NCBI RefSeq assembly: GCF_009914755.1 | Contig: NC_060941.1 | DNA: 64,000 nucleotides | Origin: the human T2T-CHM13v2.0 reference genome, Homo sapiens | Direction: 5' to 3' (one strand) | In this document: positions 1 through 11,500 of the stretch, one piece after another | Numbering within the stretch: the first letter of the stretch is position 1 | Layout of the letters: every line of letters begins with the position of its first letter | Translations under genes and position numbers: made by a program | Notes under the pieces: generated by a model | Databases searched by the model: none | What the model saw: the letters and a program-made list of their open reading frames with translations, nothing else | What the model was told of the DNA's origin: nothing

Positions 1-198
1 AGTGGACATTTGGAGCGCTTTCAGGCCTGTGGTGGAAAACGAATTATGGTCACATAAAAACTGGAGAGAAGCATTGTCAGAAACTTCTTTGTGATGATTG
101 CATTCAACTCACAGAGTTGAAGGTTCCTTTTCAAAGAGCAGTTTCCAATCACTCTTTGTGTGGAATCTGCAAGTGGATATTTGGACCTATTTTGAAGA

Positions 199-215
199 TT
201 TCGTTGGAAACGGGA
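199..215 (+). other. CENP-B box, intact core (recurs in each HOR)
   Basis: TTTCGTTGGAAACGGGA matches NTTCGNNNNANNCGGGN. Disrupted in U16 (40761 G>A). Confidence 0.93.
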
Positions 216-369
216 GAATCTTCACAGGAAAGCTAAACAGAAGCATTCTCAGAAACTTCTTTGTGATGCTTGCATTCAACTCACAGAGTTGAACTTTCCT
301 TTCGAGAGAGAAGCTTTGAAACACTCTTTTTCCAGAATCTGCAAGTGGACATTTGGAGGGCTTTGAGGC

Positions 370-386
370 CTGTGGTGGAAAAGGAA
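370..386 (+). other. A-type monomer box (pJalpha-like motif), representative of 6 A-type monomers per HOR
   Basis: CTGTGGTGGAAAAGGAA occupies the CENP-B-box position. Related motifs lie near 27, 541, 1213, 1892 and 2063. Confidence 0.7.
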
Positions 387-711
387 TTATCTTCCCGTAA
401 AAGCTAGATAGAAGCATTCTCAGAAACTACTTTGTGATGATTGCATTCAAGTCACAGAGTTGAACATTCCCTTTGACAGAGCAGTTTGGAAACTCTCTTT
501 GTGTAGAATCTGCAAGTGGAGATATGGACCGCTTTGAGGCCTATGGTAGTAAAGGAAATAGCTTCATATAAAAGCTAGACAGTAGCATTCACAGAAAACT
601 CTTGGTGACGACTGAGTTTAACTCACAGAGCTGAACATTCCTTTGGATGGAGCAGTTTCGAAACACACTATTTGTAGAATGTGCAAGTGGATATTTAGGC
701 CTCTCTGAGGA

Positions 712-728
712 TTTCGTTGGAAACGGGA
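712..728 (+). other. CENP-B box, intact core (recurs in each HOR)
   Basis: TTTCGTTGGAAACGGGA. Confidence 0.93.
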
Positions 729-878
729 TAAACCGCACAGAACTAAACAGAAGCATTCTCAGAACCTTCTTCGTGATGTTTGCATTCAACTCACAGTGTT
801 GAACCTTTCTTTGATAGTTCAGGTTTGAAACGGTCTTTCTGTAGAAACTGCAAGTAGATATTTGGACCGCTCTGAGGA

Positions 879-895
879 TTTCGTTGGAAACGGGA
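879..895 (+). other. CENP-B box, intact core (recurs in each HOR)
   Basis: TTTCGTTGGAAACGGGA, 167 bp after the box at 712. Confidence 0.93.
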
Positions 896-1046
896 TAACC
901 CGCACAGAACTAAAACAGAAGCATTCTCAGAACCCTCTTCGTGATGTTTGCATTCAACTCACAGTGCTGAACCTTTCTTTGATAGTTCAGCTTTGAAACA
1001 CTCTTTTTGTAGAAACTGCAAGTGGATATTTGGTCCTCTCTGAGGA

Positions 1047-1063
1047 TTTCGTTGGAAACGGGA
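1047..1063 (+). other. CENP-B box, intact core (recurs in each 16-mer; deleted in the 15-mer)
   Basis: TTTCGTTGGAAACGGGA, 168 bp after the box at 879. Confidence 0.93.
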
Positions 1064-1383
1064 TAAACTGCACAGAACTAAACAGAAGCATTCTCAGAAC
1101 CTTCTTCGTGATGTCTGCATTCAACTCACAGTGTGGAACCTTTCTTTGATAGTTCAGGTTTGAAACACTCTTTTTGTAGAAACTGCAAGGGGATAATTGC
1201 ACTCTTTGAGGAGTACCGTAGTAAAGGAAATAACTTCCTATAAAAAGAAGACAGAAGCTTTCTCAGAAAATTCTTTGGGATGATTGAGTTGAACTCACAG
1301 AGCTGAGCATTCCTTGCGATGTAGCAGTTTAGAAACACACTTTCTGCAGAATCTGCAAGTGCATATTTGGACCTCTGTGAGCA

Positions 1384-1400
1384 ATTCGTTGGAAACGGGA
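1384..1400 (+). other. CENP-B box, intact core, overlapping the EcoRI site position (recurs in each HOR)
   Basis: ATTCGTTGGAAACGGGA. Confidence 0.9.
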
Positions 1401-1549
1401 TAATTTCAGCTGACTAAACAGAAGCAGTCTCAGAATCTTCTTTGTGATGTTTGCATTCACATCCCCGAGTTGAACTTTCCTTTCAAAGTTCACGTTTGAA
1501 ACACTCTTTTTGCAGGATCTACAAGTGGATATTTGGACCACTCTGTGTC

Positions 1550-1566
1550 CTTCGTTCGAAACGGGT
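1550..1566 (+). other. CENP-B box variant with intact core and an extra CpG (recurs in each HOR)
   Basis: CTTCGTTCGAAACGGGT; the TTCG, A and CGGG core positions are retained. Confidence 0.88.
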
Positions 1567-1720
1567 ATATCTTCACATGACATCTAGACAGAAGCATCCT
1601 CAGAAGCTTCTCTGTGATGACTGCATTCAACTCACGGAGTTGAACACTCCTTTTGAGAGCGCAGTTTTGAAACTCTCTTTCTGTGGCATCTGCAAGGGGA
1701 CATGTAGACCTCTTTGAAGA

Positions 1721-1737
1721 TTTCGTTGGAAACGGAA
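1721..1737 (+). other. Degenerate CENP-B box (B-type monomer, core altered; recurs in each HOR)
   Basis: TTTCGTTGGAAACGGAA, with CGGG changed to CGGA. Confidence 0.8.
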
Positions 1738-2233
1738 TCATCTTCACATAAAAACTATACAGATGCATTCTCAGGAACTTTTTGGTGATGTTTGTATTCA
1801 ACTCCCAGAGTTGAACTTTCCTTTGGAAAGAGCAGCTATGAAACACTCTTTTTCTAGAATCTGCAAGTGGACGTTTGGAGGGCTTTGTGGTTTGTGGTGG
1901 AAAAGGAAATATCTTCACCTAAATACTAGATAGAAGCATTCTCAGAAACTGCTTTGTGATGATTGCATTCACCTCACAGAGTTGAACATTCCTATTGATA
2001 GAGCAGTTTGGAAACACTCTTGTTGTGGAATGTGCAAGTGGAGATTTGGAGCGCTTTGAGGCCTATGGTAGTAAAGGGAATAGCTTCATAGAAAAACTAG
2101 ACAGAAGCATTCTCAGAAAATACTTTGTGATGATTGAGTTTAACTCACAGAGCTGAACATTCCTTTGGATGGAGCAGGTTTGAGACACACTTTTTGTAGA
2201 ATCTACAAGTGGATATTTGGACCTCTCTGAGGA

Positions 2234-2250
2234 TTTCGTTGGAAACGGGA
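2234..2250 (+). other. CENP-B box, intact core (recurs in each HOR)
   Basis: TTTCGTTGGAAACGGGA, 850 bp (5 monomers) after the box at 1384. Confidence 0.93.
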
Positions 2251-2399
2251 TAACGGCACCTAACTAAACGGAAGCATTCTCAGAAACTTCTTGGTGATGT
2301 TTGCATTCAAATCCCAGAGTTGAACCTTCCTTTGATAGTTCAGGTTTGAAACACTCTTTTTGTAGGATCTGCAAGTGGATATTTGGACCACTCTGTGGC

Positions 2400-2416
2400 C
2401 TTCGTTCGAAACGGGT
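2400..2416 (+). other. CENP-B box variant with intact core (recurs in each HOR)
   Basis: CTTCGTTCGAAACGGGT, 850 bp after its paralogue at 1550. Disrupted in U16 (42973 G>C). Confidence 0.88.
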
Positions 2417-2570
2417 ATATCTTCGCATAAAATCTAGACAGAAGCCTTCTCAGAAACTTCTCTGTGATGATTGCATTCAACTCACAGAGTTGAACCCTCC
2501 TATGGATAGAGCAGTGTTGAAACTCTCTTTTTGTGGAATCTGCAAGTGGATATGTGGACCTCTCCGAAGA

Positions 2571-2587
2571 TGTCTTTGGAAACGGGA
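2571..2587 (+). other. Degenerate CENP-B box (core altered; recurs in each HOR)
   Basis: TGTCTTTGGAAACGGGA, with TTCG changed to GTCT; 850 bp after the degenerate box at 1721. Confidence 0.78.
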
Positions 2588-5500
2588 ATATCTTCACATA
2601 AAAACTAAACAGAAGCATTCTCAGAAACTTCTCTGTGATGTTTGTGTTCAACTCCCAGAGTTTCACATTGCTTTTCATAGAGTAGTTCTGAAACATGCTT
2701 TTCGTAGTGTCTACAAGTGGACATTTGGAGCGCTTTCAGGCCTGTGGTGGAAAACGAATTATGGTCACATAAAAACTGGAGAGAAGCATTGTCAGAAACT
2801 TCTTTGTGATGATTGCATTCAACTCACAGAGTTGAAGGTTCCTTTTCAAAGAGCAGTTTCCAATCACTCTTTGTGTGGAATCTGCAAGTGGATATTTGGA
2901 CCTATTTTGAAGATTTCGTTGGAAACGGGAGAATCTTCACAGGAAAGCTAAACAGAAGCATTCTCAGAAACTTCTTTGTGATGCTTGCATTCAACTCACA
3001 GAGTTGAACTTTCCTTTCGAGAGAGAAGCTTTGAAACACTCTTTTTCCAGAATCTGCAAGTGGACATTTGGAGGGCTTTGAGGCCTGTGGTGGAAAAGGA
3101 ATTATCTTCCCGTAAAAGCTAGATAGAAGCATTCTCAGAAACTACTTTGTGATGATTGCATTCAAGTCACAGAGTTGAACATTCCCTTTGACAGAGCAGT
3201 TTGGAAACTCTCTTTGTGTAGAATCTGCAAGTGGAGATATGGACCGCTTTGAGGCCTATGGTAGTAAAGGAAATAGCTTCATATAAAAGCTAGACAGTAG
3301 CATTCACAGAAAACTCTTGGTGACGACTGAGTTTAACTCACAGAGCTGAACATTCCTTTGGATGGAGCAGTTTCGAAACACACTATTTGTAGAATGTGCA
3401 AGTGGATATTTAGGCCTCTCTGAGGATTTCGTTGGAAACGGGATAAACCGCACAGAACTAAACAGAAGCATTCTCAGAACCTTCTTCGTGATGTTTGCAT
3501 TCAACTCACAGTGTTGAACCTTTCTTTGATAGTTCAGGTTTGAAACGGTCTTTCTGTAGAAACTGCAAGTAGATATTTGGACCGCTCTGAGGATTTCGTT
3601 GGAAACGGGATAACCCGCACAGAACTAAAACAGAAGCATTCTCAGAACCCTCTTCGTGATGTTTGCATTCAACTCACAGTGCTGAACCTTTCTTTGATAG
3701 TTCAGCTTTGAAACACTCTTTTTGTAGAAACTGCAAGTGGATATTTGGTCCTCTCTGAGCATTTCGTTGGAAACGGGATAAACTGCACAGAACTAAACAG
3801 AAGCATTCTCAGAACCTTCTTCGTGATGTCTGCATTCAACTCACAGTGTGGAACCTTTCTTTGATAGTTCAGGTTTGAAACACTCTTTTTGTAGAAACTG
3901 CAAGGGGATAATTGCACTCTTTGAGGAGTACCGTAGTAAAGGAAATAACTTCCTATAAAAAGAAGACAGAAGCTTTCTCAGAAAATTCTTTGGGATGATT
4001 GAGTTGAACTCACAGAGCTGAGCATTCCTTGCGATGTAGCAGTTTAGAAACACACTTTCTGCAGAATCTGCAAGTGCATATTTGGACCTCTGTGAGGAAT
4101 TCGTTGGAAACGGGATAATTTCAGCTGACTAAACAGAAGCAGTCTCAGAATCTTCTTTGTGATGTTTGCATTCACATCCCCGAGTTGAACTTTCCTTTCA
4201 AAGTTCACGTTTGAAACACTCTTTTTGCAGGATCTACAAGTGGATATTTGGACCACTCTGTGTCCTTCGTTCGAAACGGGTATATCTTCACATGACATCT
4301 AGACAGAAGCATCCTCAGAAGCTTCTCTGTGATGACTGCATTCAACTCACGGAGTTGAACACTCCTTTTGAGAGCGCAGTTTTGAAACTCTCTTTCTGTG
4401 GCATCTGCAAGGGGACATGTAGACCTCTTTGAAGATTTCGTTGGAAACGGAATCATCTTCACATAAAAACTATACAGATGCATTCTCAGGAACTTTTTGG
4501 TGATGTTTGTATTCAACTCCCAGAGTTGAACTTTCCTTTGGAAAGAGCAGCTATGAAACACTCTTTTTCTAGAATCTGCAAGTGGACGTTTGGAGGGCTT
4601 TGTGGTTTGTGGTGGAAAAGGAAATATCTTCACCTAAATACTAGATAGAAGCATTCTCAGAAACTGCTTTGTGATGATTGCATTCACCTCACAGAGTTGA
4701 ACATTCCTATTGATAGAGCAGTTTGGAAACACTCTTGTTGTGGAATGTGCAAGTGGAGATTTGGAGCGCTTTGAGGCCTATGGTAGTAAAGGGAATAGCT
4801 TCATAGAAAAACTAGACAGAAGCATTCTCAGAAAATACTTTGTGATGATTGAGTTTAACTCACAGAGCTGAACATTCCTTTGGATGGAGCAGGTTTGAGA
4901 CACACTTTTTGTAGAATCTACAAGTGGATATTTGGACCTCTCTGAGGATTTCGTTGGAAACGGGATAACTGCACCTAACTAAACGGAAGCATTCTCAGAA
5001 ACTTCTTGGTGATGTTTGCATTCAAATCCCAGAGTTGAACCTTCCTTTGATAGTTCAGGTTTGAAACACTCTTTTTGTAGGATCTGCAAGTGGATATTTG
5101 GACCACTCTGTGGCCTTCGTTCGAAACGGGTATATCTTCGCATAAAATCTAGACAGAAGCCTTCTCAGAAACTTCTCTGTGATGATTGCATTCAACTCAC
5201 AGAGTTGAACCCTCCTATGGATAGAGCAGTGTTGAAACTCTCTTTTTGTGGAATCTGCAAGTGGATATGTGGACCTCTCCGAAGATGTCTTTGGAAACGG
5301 GAATATCTTCACATAAAAACTAAACAGAAGCATTCTCAGAAACTTCTCTGTGATGTTTGTGTTCAACTCCCAGAGTTTCACATTGCTTTTCATAGAGTAG
5401 TTCTGAAACATGCTTTTCGTAGTGTCTACAAGTGGACATTTGGAGCGCTTTCAGGCCTGTGGTGGAAAACGAATTATGGTCACATAAAAACTGGAGAGAA

Positions 5501-8500
5501 GCATTGTCAGAAACTTCTTTGTGATGATTGCATTCAACTCACAGAGTTGAAGGTTCCTTTTCAAAGAGCAGTTTCCAATCACTCTTTGTGTGGAATCTGC
5601 AAGTGGATATTTGGACCTATTTTGAAGATTTCGTTGGAAACGGGAGAATCTTCACAGGAAAGCTAAACAGAAGCATTCTCAGAAACTTCTTTGTGATGCT
5701 TGCATTCAACTCACAGAGTTGAACTTTCCTTTCGAGAGAGAAGCTTTGAAACACTCTTTTTCCAGAATCTGCAAGTGGACATTTGGAGGGCTTTGAGGCC
5801 TGTGGTGGAAAAGGAATTATCTTCCCGTAAAAGCTAGATAGAAGCATTCTCAGAAACTACTTTGTGATGATTGCATTCAAGTCACAGAGTTGAACATTCC
5901 CTTTGACAGAGCAGTTTGGAAACTCTCTTTGTGTAGAATCTGCAAGTGGAGATATGGACCGCTTTGAGGCCTATGGTAGTAAAGGAAATAGCTTCATATA
6001 AAAGCTAGACAGTAGCATTCACAGAAAACTCTTGGTGACGACTGAGTTTAACTCACAGAGCTGAACATTCCTTTGGATGGAGCAGTTTCGAAACACACTA
6101 TTTGTAGAATGTGCAAGTGGATATTTAGGCCTCTCTGAGGATTTCGTTGGAAACGGGATAAACCGCACAGAACTAAACAGAAGCATTCTCAGAACCTTCT
6201 TCGTGATGTTTGCATTCAACTCACAGTGTTGAACCTTTCTTTGATAGTTCAGGTTTGAAACGGTCTTTCTGTAGAAACTGCAAGTAGATATTTGGACCGC
6301 TCTGAGGATTTCGTTGGAAACGGGATAACCCGCACAGAACTAAAACAGAAGCATTCTCAGAACCCTCTTCGTGATGTTTGCATTCAACTCACAGTGCTGA
6401 ACCTTTCTTTGATAGTTCAGCTTTGAAACACTCTTTTTGTAGAAACTGCAAGTGGATATTTGGTCCTCTCTGAGCATTTCGTTGGAAACGGGATAAACTG
6501 CACAGAACTAAACAGAAGCATTCTCAGAACCTTCTTCGTGATGTCTGCATTCAACTCACAGTGTGGAACCTTTCTTTGATAGTTCAGGTTTGAAACACTC
6601 TTTTTGTAGAAACTGCAAGGGGATAATTGCACTCTTTGAGGAGTACCGTAGTAAAGGAAATAACTTCCTATAAAAAGAAGACAGAAGCTTTCTCAGAAAA
6701 TTCTTTGGGATGATTGAGTTGAACTCACAGAGCTGAGCATTCCTTGCGATGTAGCAGTTTAGAAACACACTTTCTGCAGAATCTGCAAGTGCATATTTGG
6801 ACCTCTGTGAGGAATTCGTTGGAAACGGGATAATTTCAGCTGACTAAACAGAAGCAGTCTCAGAATCTTCTTTGTGATGTTTGCATTCACATCCCCGAGT
6901 TGAACTTTCCTTTCAAAGTTCACGTTTGAAACACTCTTTTTGCAGGATCTACAAGTGGATATTTGGACCACTCTGTGTCCTTCGTTCGAAACGGGTATAT
7001 CTTCACATGACATCTAGACAGAAGCATCCTCAGAAGCTTCTCTGTGATGACTGCATTCAACTCACGGAGTTGAACACTCCTTTTGAGAGCGCAGTTTTGA
7101 AACTCTCTTTCTGTGGCATCTGCAAGGGGACATGTAGACCTCTTTGAAGATTTCGTTGGAAACGGAATCATCTTCACATAAAAACTATACAGATGCATTC
7201 TCAGGAACTTTTTGGTGATGTTTGTATTCAACTCCCAGAGTTGAACTTTCCTTTGGAAAGAGCAGCTATGAAACACTCTTTTTCTAGAATCTGCAAGTGG
7301 ACGTTTGGAGGGCTTTGTGGTTTGTGGTGGAAAAGGAAATATCTTCACCTAAATACTAGATAGAAGCATTCTCAGAAACTGCTTTGTGATGATTGCATTC
7401 ACCTCACAGAGTTGAACATTCCTATTGATAGAGCAGTTTGGAAACACTCTTGTTGTGGAATGTGCAAGTGGAGATTTGGAGCGCTTTGAGGCCTATGGTA
7501 GTAAAGGGAATAGCTTCATAGAAAAACTAGACAGAAGCATTCTCAGAAAATACTTTGTGATGATTGAGTTTAACTCACAGAGCTGAACATTCCTTTGGAT
7601 GGAGCAGGTTTGAGACACACTTTTTGTAGAATCTACAAGTGGATATTTGGACCTCTCTGAGGATTTCGTTGGAAACGGGATAACTGCACCTAACTAAACG
7701 GAAGCATTCTCAGAAACTTCTTGGTGATGTTTGCATTCAAATCCCAGAGTTGAACCTTCCTTTGATAGTTCAGGTTTGAAACACTCTTTTTGTAGGATCT
7801 GCAAGTGGATATTTGGACCACTCTGTGGCCTTCGTTCGAAACGGGTATATCTTCGCATAAAATCTAGACAGAAGCCTTCTCAGAAACTTCTCTGTGATGA
7901 TTGCATTCAACTCACAGAGTTGAACCCTCCTATGGATAGAGCAGTGTTGAAACTCTCTTTTTGTGGAATCTGCAAGTGGATATGTGGACCTCTCCGAAGA
8001 TGTCTTTGGAAACGGGAATATCTTCACATAAAAACTAAACAGAAGCATTCTCAGAAACTTCTCTGTGATGTTTGTGTTCAACTCCCAGAGTTTCACATTG
8101 CTTTTCATAGAGTAGTTCTGAAACATGCTTTTCGTAGTGTCTACAAGTGGACATTTGGAGCGCTTTCAGGCCTGTGGTGGAAAACGAATTATGGTCACAT
8201 AAAAACTGGAGAGAAGCATTGTCAGAAACTTCTTTGTGATGATTGCATTCAACTCACAGAGTTGAAGGTTCCTTTTCAAAGAGCAGTTTCCAATCACTCT
8301 TTGTGTGGAATCTGCAAGTGGATATTTGGACCTATTTTGAAGATTTCGTTGGAAACGGGAGAATCTTCACAGGAAAGCTAAACAGAAGCATTCTCAGAAA
8401 CTTCTTTGTGATGCTTGCATTCAACTCACAGAGTTGAACTTTCCTTTCGAGAGAGAAGCTTTGAAACACTCTTTTTCCAGAATCTGCAAGTGGACATTTG

Positions 8501-11500
8501 GAGGGCTTTGAGGCCTGTGGTGGAAAAGGAATTATCTTCCCGTAAAAGCTAGATAGAAGCATTCTCAGAAACTACTTTGTGATGATTGCATTCAAGTCAC
8601 AGAGTTGAACATTCCCTTTGACAGAGCAGTTTGGAAACTCTCTTTGTGTAGAATCTGCAAGTGGAGATATGGACCGCTTTGAGGCCTATGGTAGTAAAGG
8701 AAATAGCTTCATATAAAAGCTAGACAGTAGCATTCACAGAAAACTCTTGGTGACGACTGAGTTTAACTCACAGAGCTGAACATTCCTTTGGATGGAGCAG
8801 TTTCGAAACACACTATTTGTAGAATGTGCAAGTGGATATTTAGGCCTCTCTGAGGATTTCGTTGGAAACGGGATAAACCGCACAGAACTAAACAGAAGCA
8901 TTCTCAGAACCTTCTTCGTGATGTTTGCATTCAACTCACAGTGTTGAACCTTTCTTTGATAGTTCAGGTTTGAAACGGTCTTTCTGTAGAAACTGCAAGT
9001 AGATATTTGGACCTCTCTGAGGATTTCGTTGGAAACGGGATAACCCGCACAGAACTAAAACAGAAGCATTCTCAGAACCCTCTTCGTGATGTTTGCATTC
9101 AACTCACAGTGCTGAACCTTTCTTTGATAGTTCAGCTTTGAAACACTCTTTTTGTAGAAACTGCAAGTGGATATTTGGTCCTCTCTGAGCATTTCGTTGG
9201 AAACGGGATAAACTGCACAGAACTAAACAGAAGCATTCTCAGAACCTTCTTCGTGATGTCTGCATTCAACTCACAGTGTGGAACCTTTCTTTGATAGTTC
9301 AGGTTTGAAACACTCTTTTTGTAGAAACTGCAAGGGGATAATTGCACTCTTTGAGGAGTACCGTAGTAAAGGAAATAACTTCCTATAAAAAGAAGACAGA
9401 AGCTTTCTCAGAAAATTCTTTGGGATGATTGAGTTGAACTCACAGAGCTGAGCATTCCTTGCGATGTAGCAGTTTAGAAACACACTTTCTGCAGAATCTG
9501 CAAGTGCATATTTGGACCTCTGTGAGGAATTCGTTGGAAACGGGATAATTTCAGCTGACTAAACAGAAGCAGTCTCAGAATCTTCTTTGTGATGTTTGCA
9601 TTCACATCCCCGAGTTGAACTTTCCTTTCAAAGTTCACGTTTGAAACACTCTTTTTGCAGGATCTACAAGTGGATATTTGGACCACTCTGTGTCCTTCGT
9701 TCGAAACGGGTATATCTTCACATGACATCTAGACAGAAGCATCCTCAGAAGCTTCTCTGTGATGACTGCATTCAACTCACGGAGTTGAACACTCCTTTTG
9801 AGAGCGCAGTTTTGAAACTCTCTTTCTGTGGCATCTGCAAGGGGACATGTAGACCTCTTTGAAGATTTCGTTGGAAACGGAATCATCTTCACATAAAAAC
9901 TATACAGATGCATTCTCAGGAACTTTTTGGTGATGTTTGTATTCAACTCCCAGAGTTGAACTTTCCTTTGGAAAGAGCAGCTATGAAACACTCTTTTTCT
10001 AGAATCTGCAAGTGGACGTTTGGAGGGCTTTGTGGTTTGTGGTGGAAAAGGAAATATCTTCACCTAAATACTAGATAGAAGCATTCTCAGAAACTGCTTT
10101 GTGATGATTGCATTCACCTCACAGAGTTGAACATTCCTATTGATAGAGCAGTTTGGAAACACTCTTGTTGTGGAATGTGCAAGTGGAGATTTGGAGCGCT
10201 TTGAGGCCTATGGTAGTAAAGGGAATAGCTTCATAGAAAAACTAGACAGAAGCATTCTCAGAAAATACTTTGTGATGATTGAGTTTAACTCACAGAGCTG
10301 AACATTCCTTTGGATGGAGCAGGTTTGAGACACACTTTTTGTAGAATCTACAAGTGGATATTTGGACCTCTCTGAGGATTTCGTTGGAAACGGGATAACT
10401 GCACCTAACTAAACGGAAGCATTCTCAGAAACTTCTTGGTGATGTTTGCATTCAAATCCCAGAGTTGAACCTTCCTTTGATAGTTCAGGTTTGAAACACT
10501 CTTTTTGTAGGATCTGCAAGTGGATATTTGGACCACTCTGTGGCCTTCGTTCGAAACGGGTATATCTTCGCATAAAATCTAGACAGAAGCCTTCTCAGAA
10601 ACTTCTCTGTGATGATTGCATTCAACTCACAGAGTTGAACCCTCCTATGGATAGAGCAGTGTTGAAACTCTCTTTTTGTGGAATCTGCAAGTGGATATGT
10701 GGACCTCTCCGAAGATGTCTTTGGAAACGGGAATATCTTCACATAAAAACTAAACAGAAGCATTCTCAGAAACTTCTCTGTGATGTTTGTGTTCAACTCC
10801 CAGAGTTTCACATTGCTTTTCATAGAGTAGTTCTGAAACATGCTTTTCGTAGTGTCTACAAGTGGACATTTGGAGCGCTTTCAGGCCTGTGGTGGAAAAC
10901 GAATTATGGTCACATAAAAACTGGAGAGAAGCATTGTCAGAAACTTCTTTGTGATGATTGCATTCAACTCACAGAGTTGAAGGTTCCTTTTCAAAGAGCA
11001 GTTTCCAATCACTCTTTGTGTGGAATCTGCAAGTGGATATTTGGACCTATTTTGAAGATTTCGTTGGAAACGGGAGAATCTTCACAGGAAAGCTAAACAG
11101 AAGCATTCTCAGAAACTTCTTTGTGATGCTTGCATTCAACTCACAGAGTTGAACTTTCCTTTCGAGAGAGAAGCTTTGAAACACTCTTTTTCCAGAATCT
11201 GCAAGTGGACATTTGGAGGGCTTTGAGGCCTGTGGTGGAAAAGGAATTATCTTCCCGTAAAAGCTAGATAGAAGCATTCTCAGAAACTACTTTGTGATGA
11301 TTGCATTCAAGTCACAGAGTTGAACATTCCCTTTGACAGAGCAGTTTGGAAACTCTCTTTGTGTAGAATCTGCAAGTGGAGATATGGACCGCTTTGAGGC
11401 CTATGGTAGTAAAGGAAATAGCTTCATATAAAAGCTAGACAGTAGCATTCACAGAAAACTCTTGGTGACGACTGAGTTTAACTCACAGAGCTGAACATTC

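Larger units (their letters stand above)
748..1251 (+). repeat. Internal tandem triplication of a ~167-169 bp monomer within each 16-mer
   Basis: Three near-identical monomers start at 748, 916 and 1083 (CAGAAGCATTCTCAGAACC[T/C]TCTTCGTGATGT[T/C]TGCATTCAACTCACAGTG...CCTTTCTTTGATAGTTCAG). The pattern recurs in every full unit. Confidence 0.92.

Noticed and set aside
566-574. TATA-like strings (ATATAAAAG near 566; CTATAAAAAG near 1238) as promoters
   Set aside because: They are variants of the A-rich CATAAAAACTA segment found in most monomers, and there is no other promoter evidence in the sequence.
1550-1566. Short palindromes such as TTCGAA and AAGCTT as hairpins or terminators
   Set aside because: Six-base palindromes are expected by chance and are simply copied with each HOR. 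I saw no extended stem supporting a specific structure.
199-2587. Regularly spaced conserved 17-bp motif resembling a CRISPR repeat-spacer array
   Set aside because: The motif is the CENP-B box. The intervening ~150 bp are homologous monomer bodies rather than unique spacers, and no cas genes are present.
2301-2951. 216-aa Cys/Lys-rich ORF present in all 23 full copies
   Set aside because: It is a translation of about four alphoid monomers with ~57-aa internal periodicity (171/3) and begins at a TTG codon. Its persistence follows from array homogenisation, and it has no recognisable domain or gene structure.
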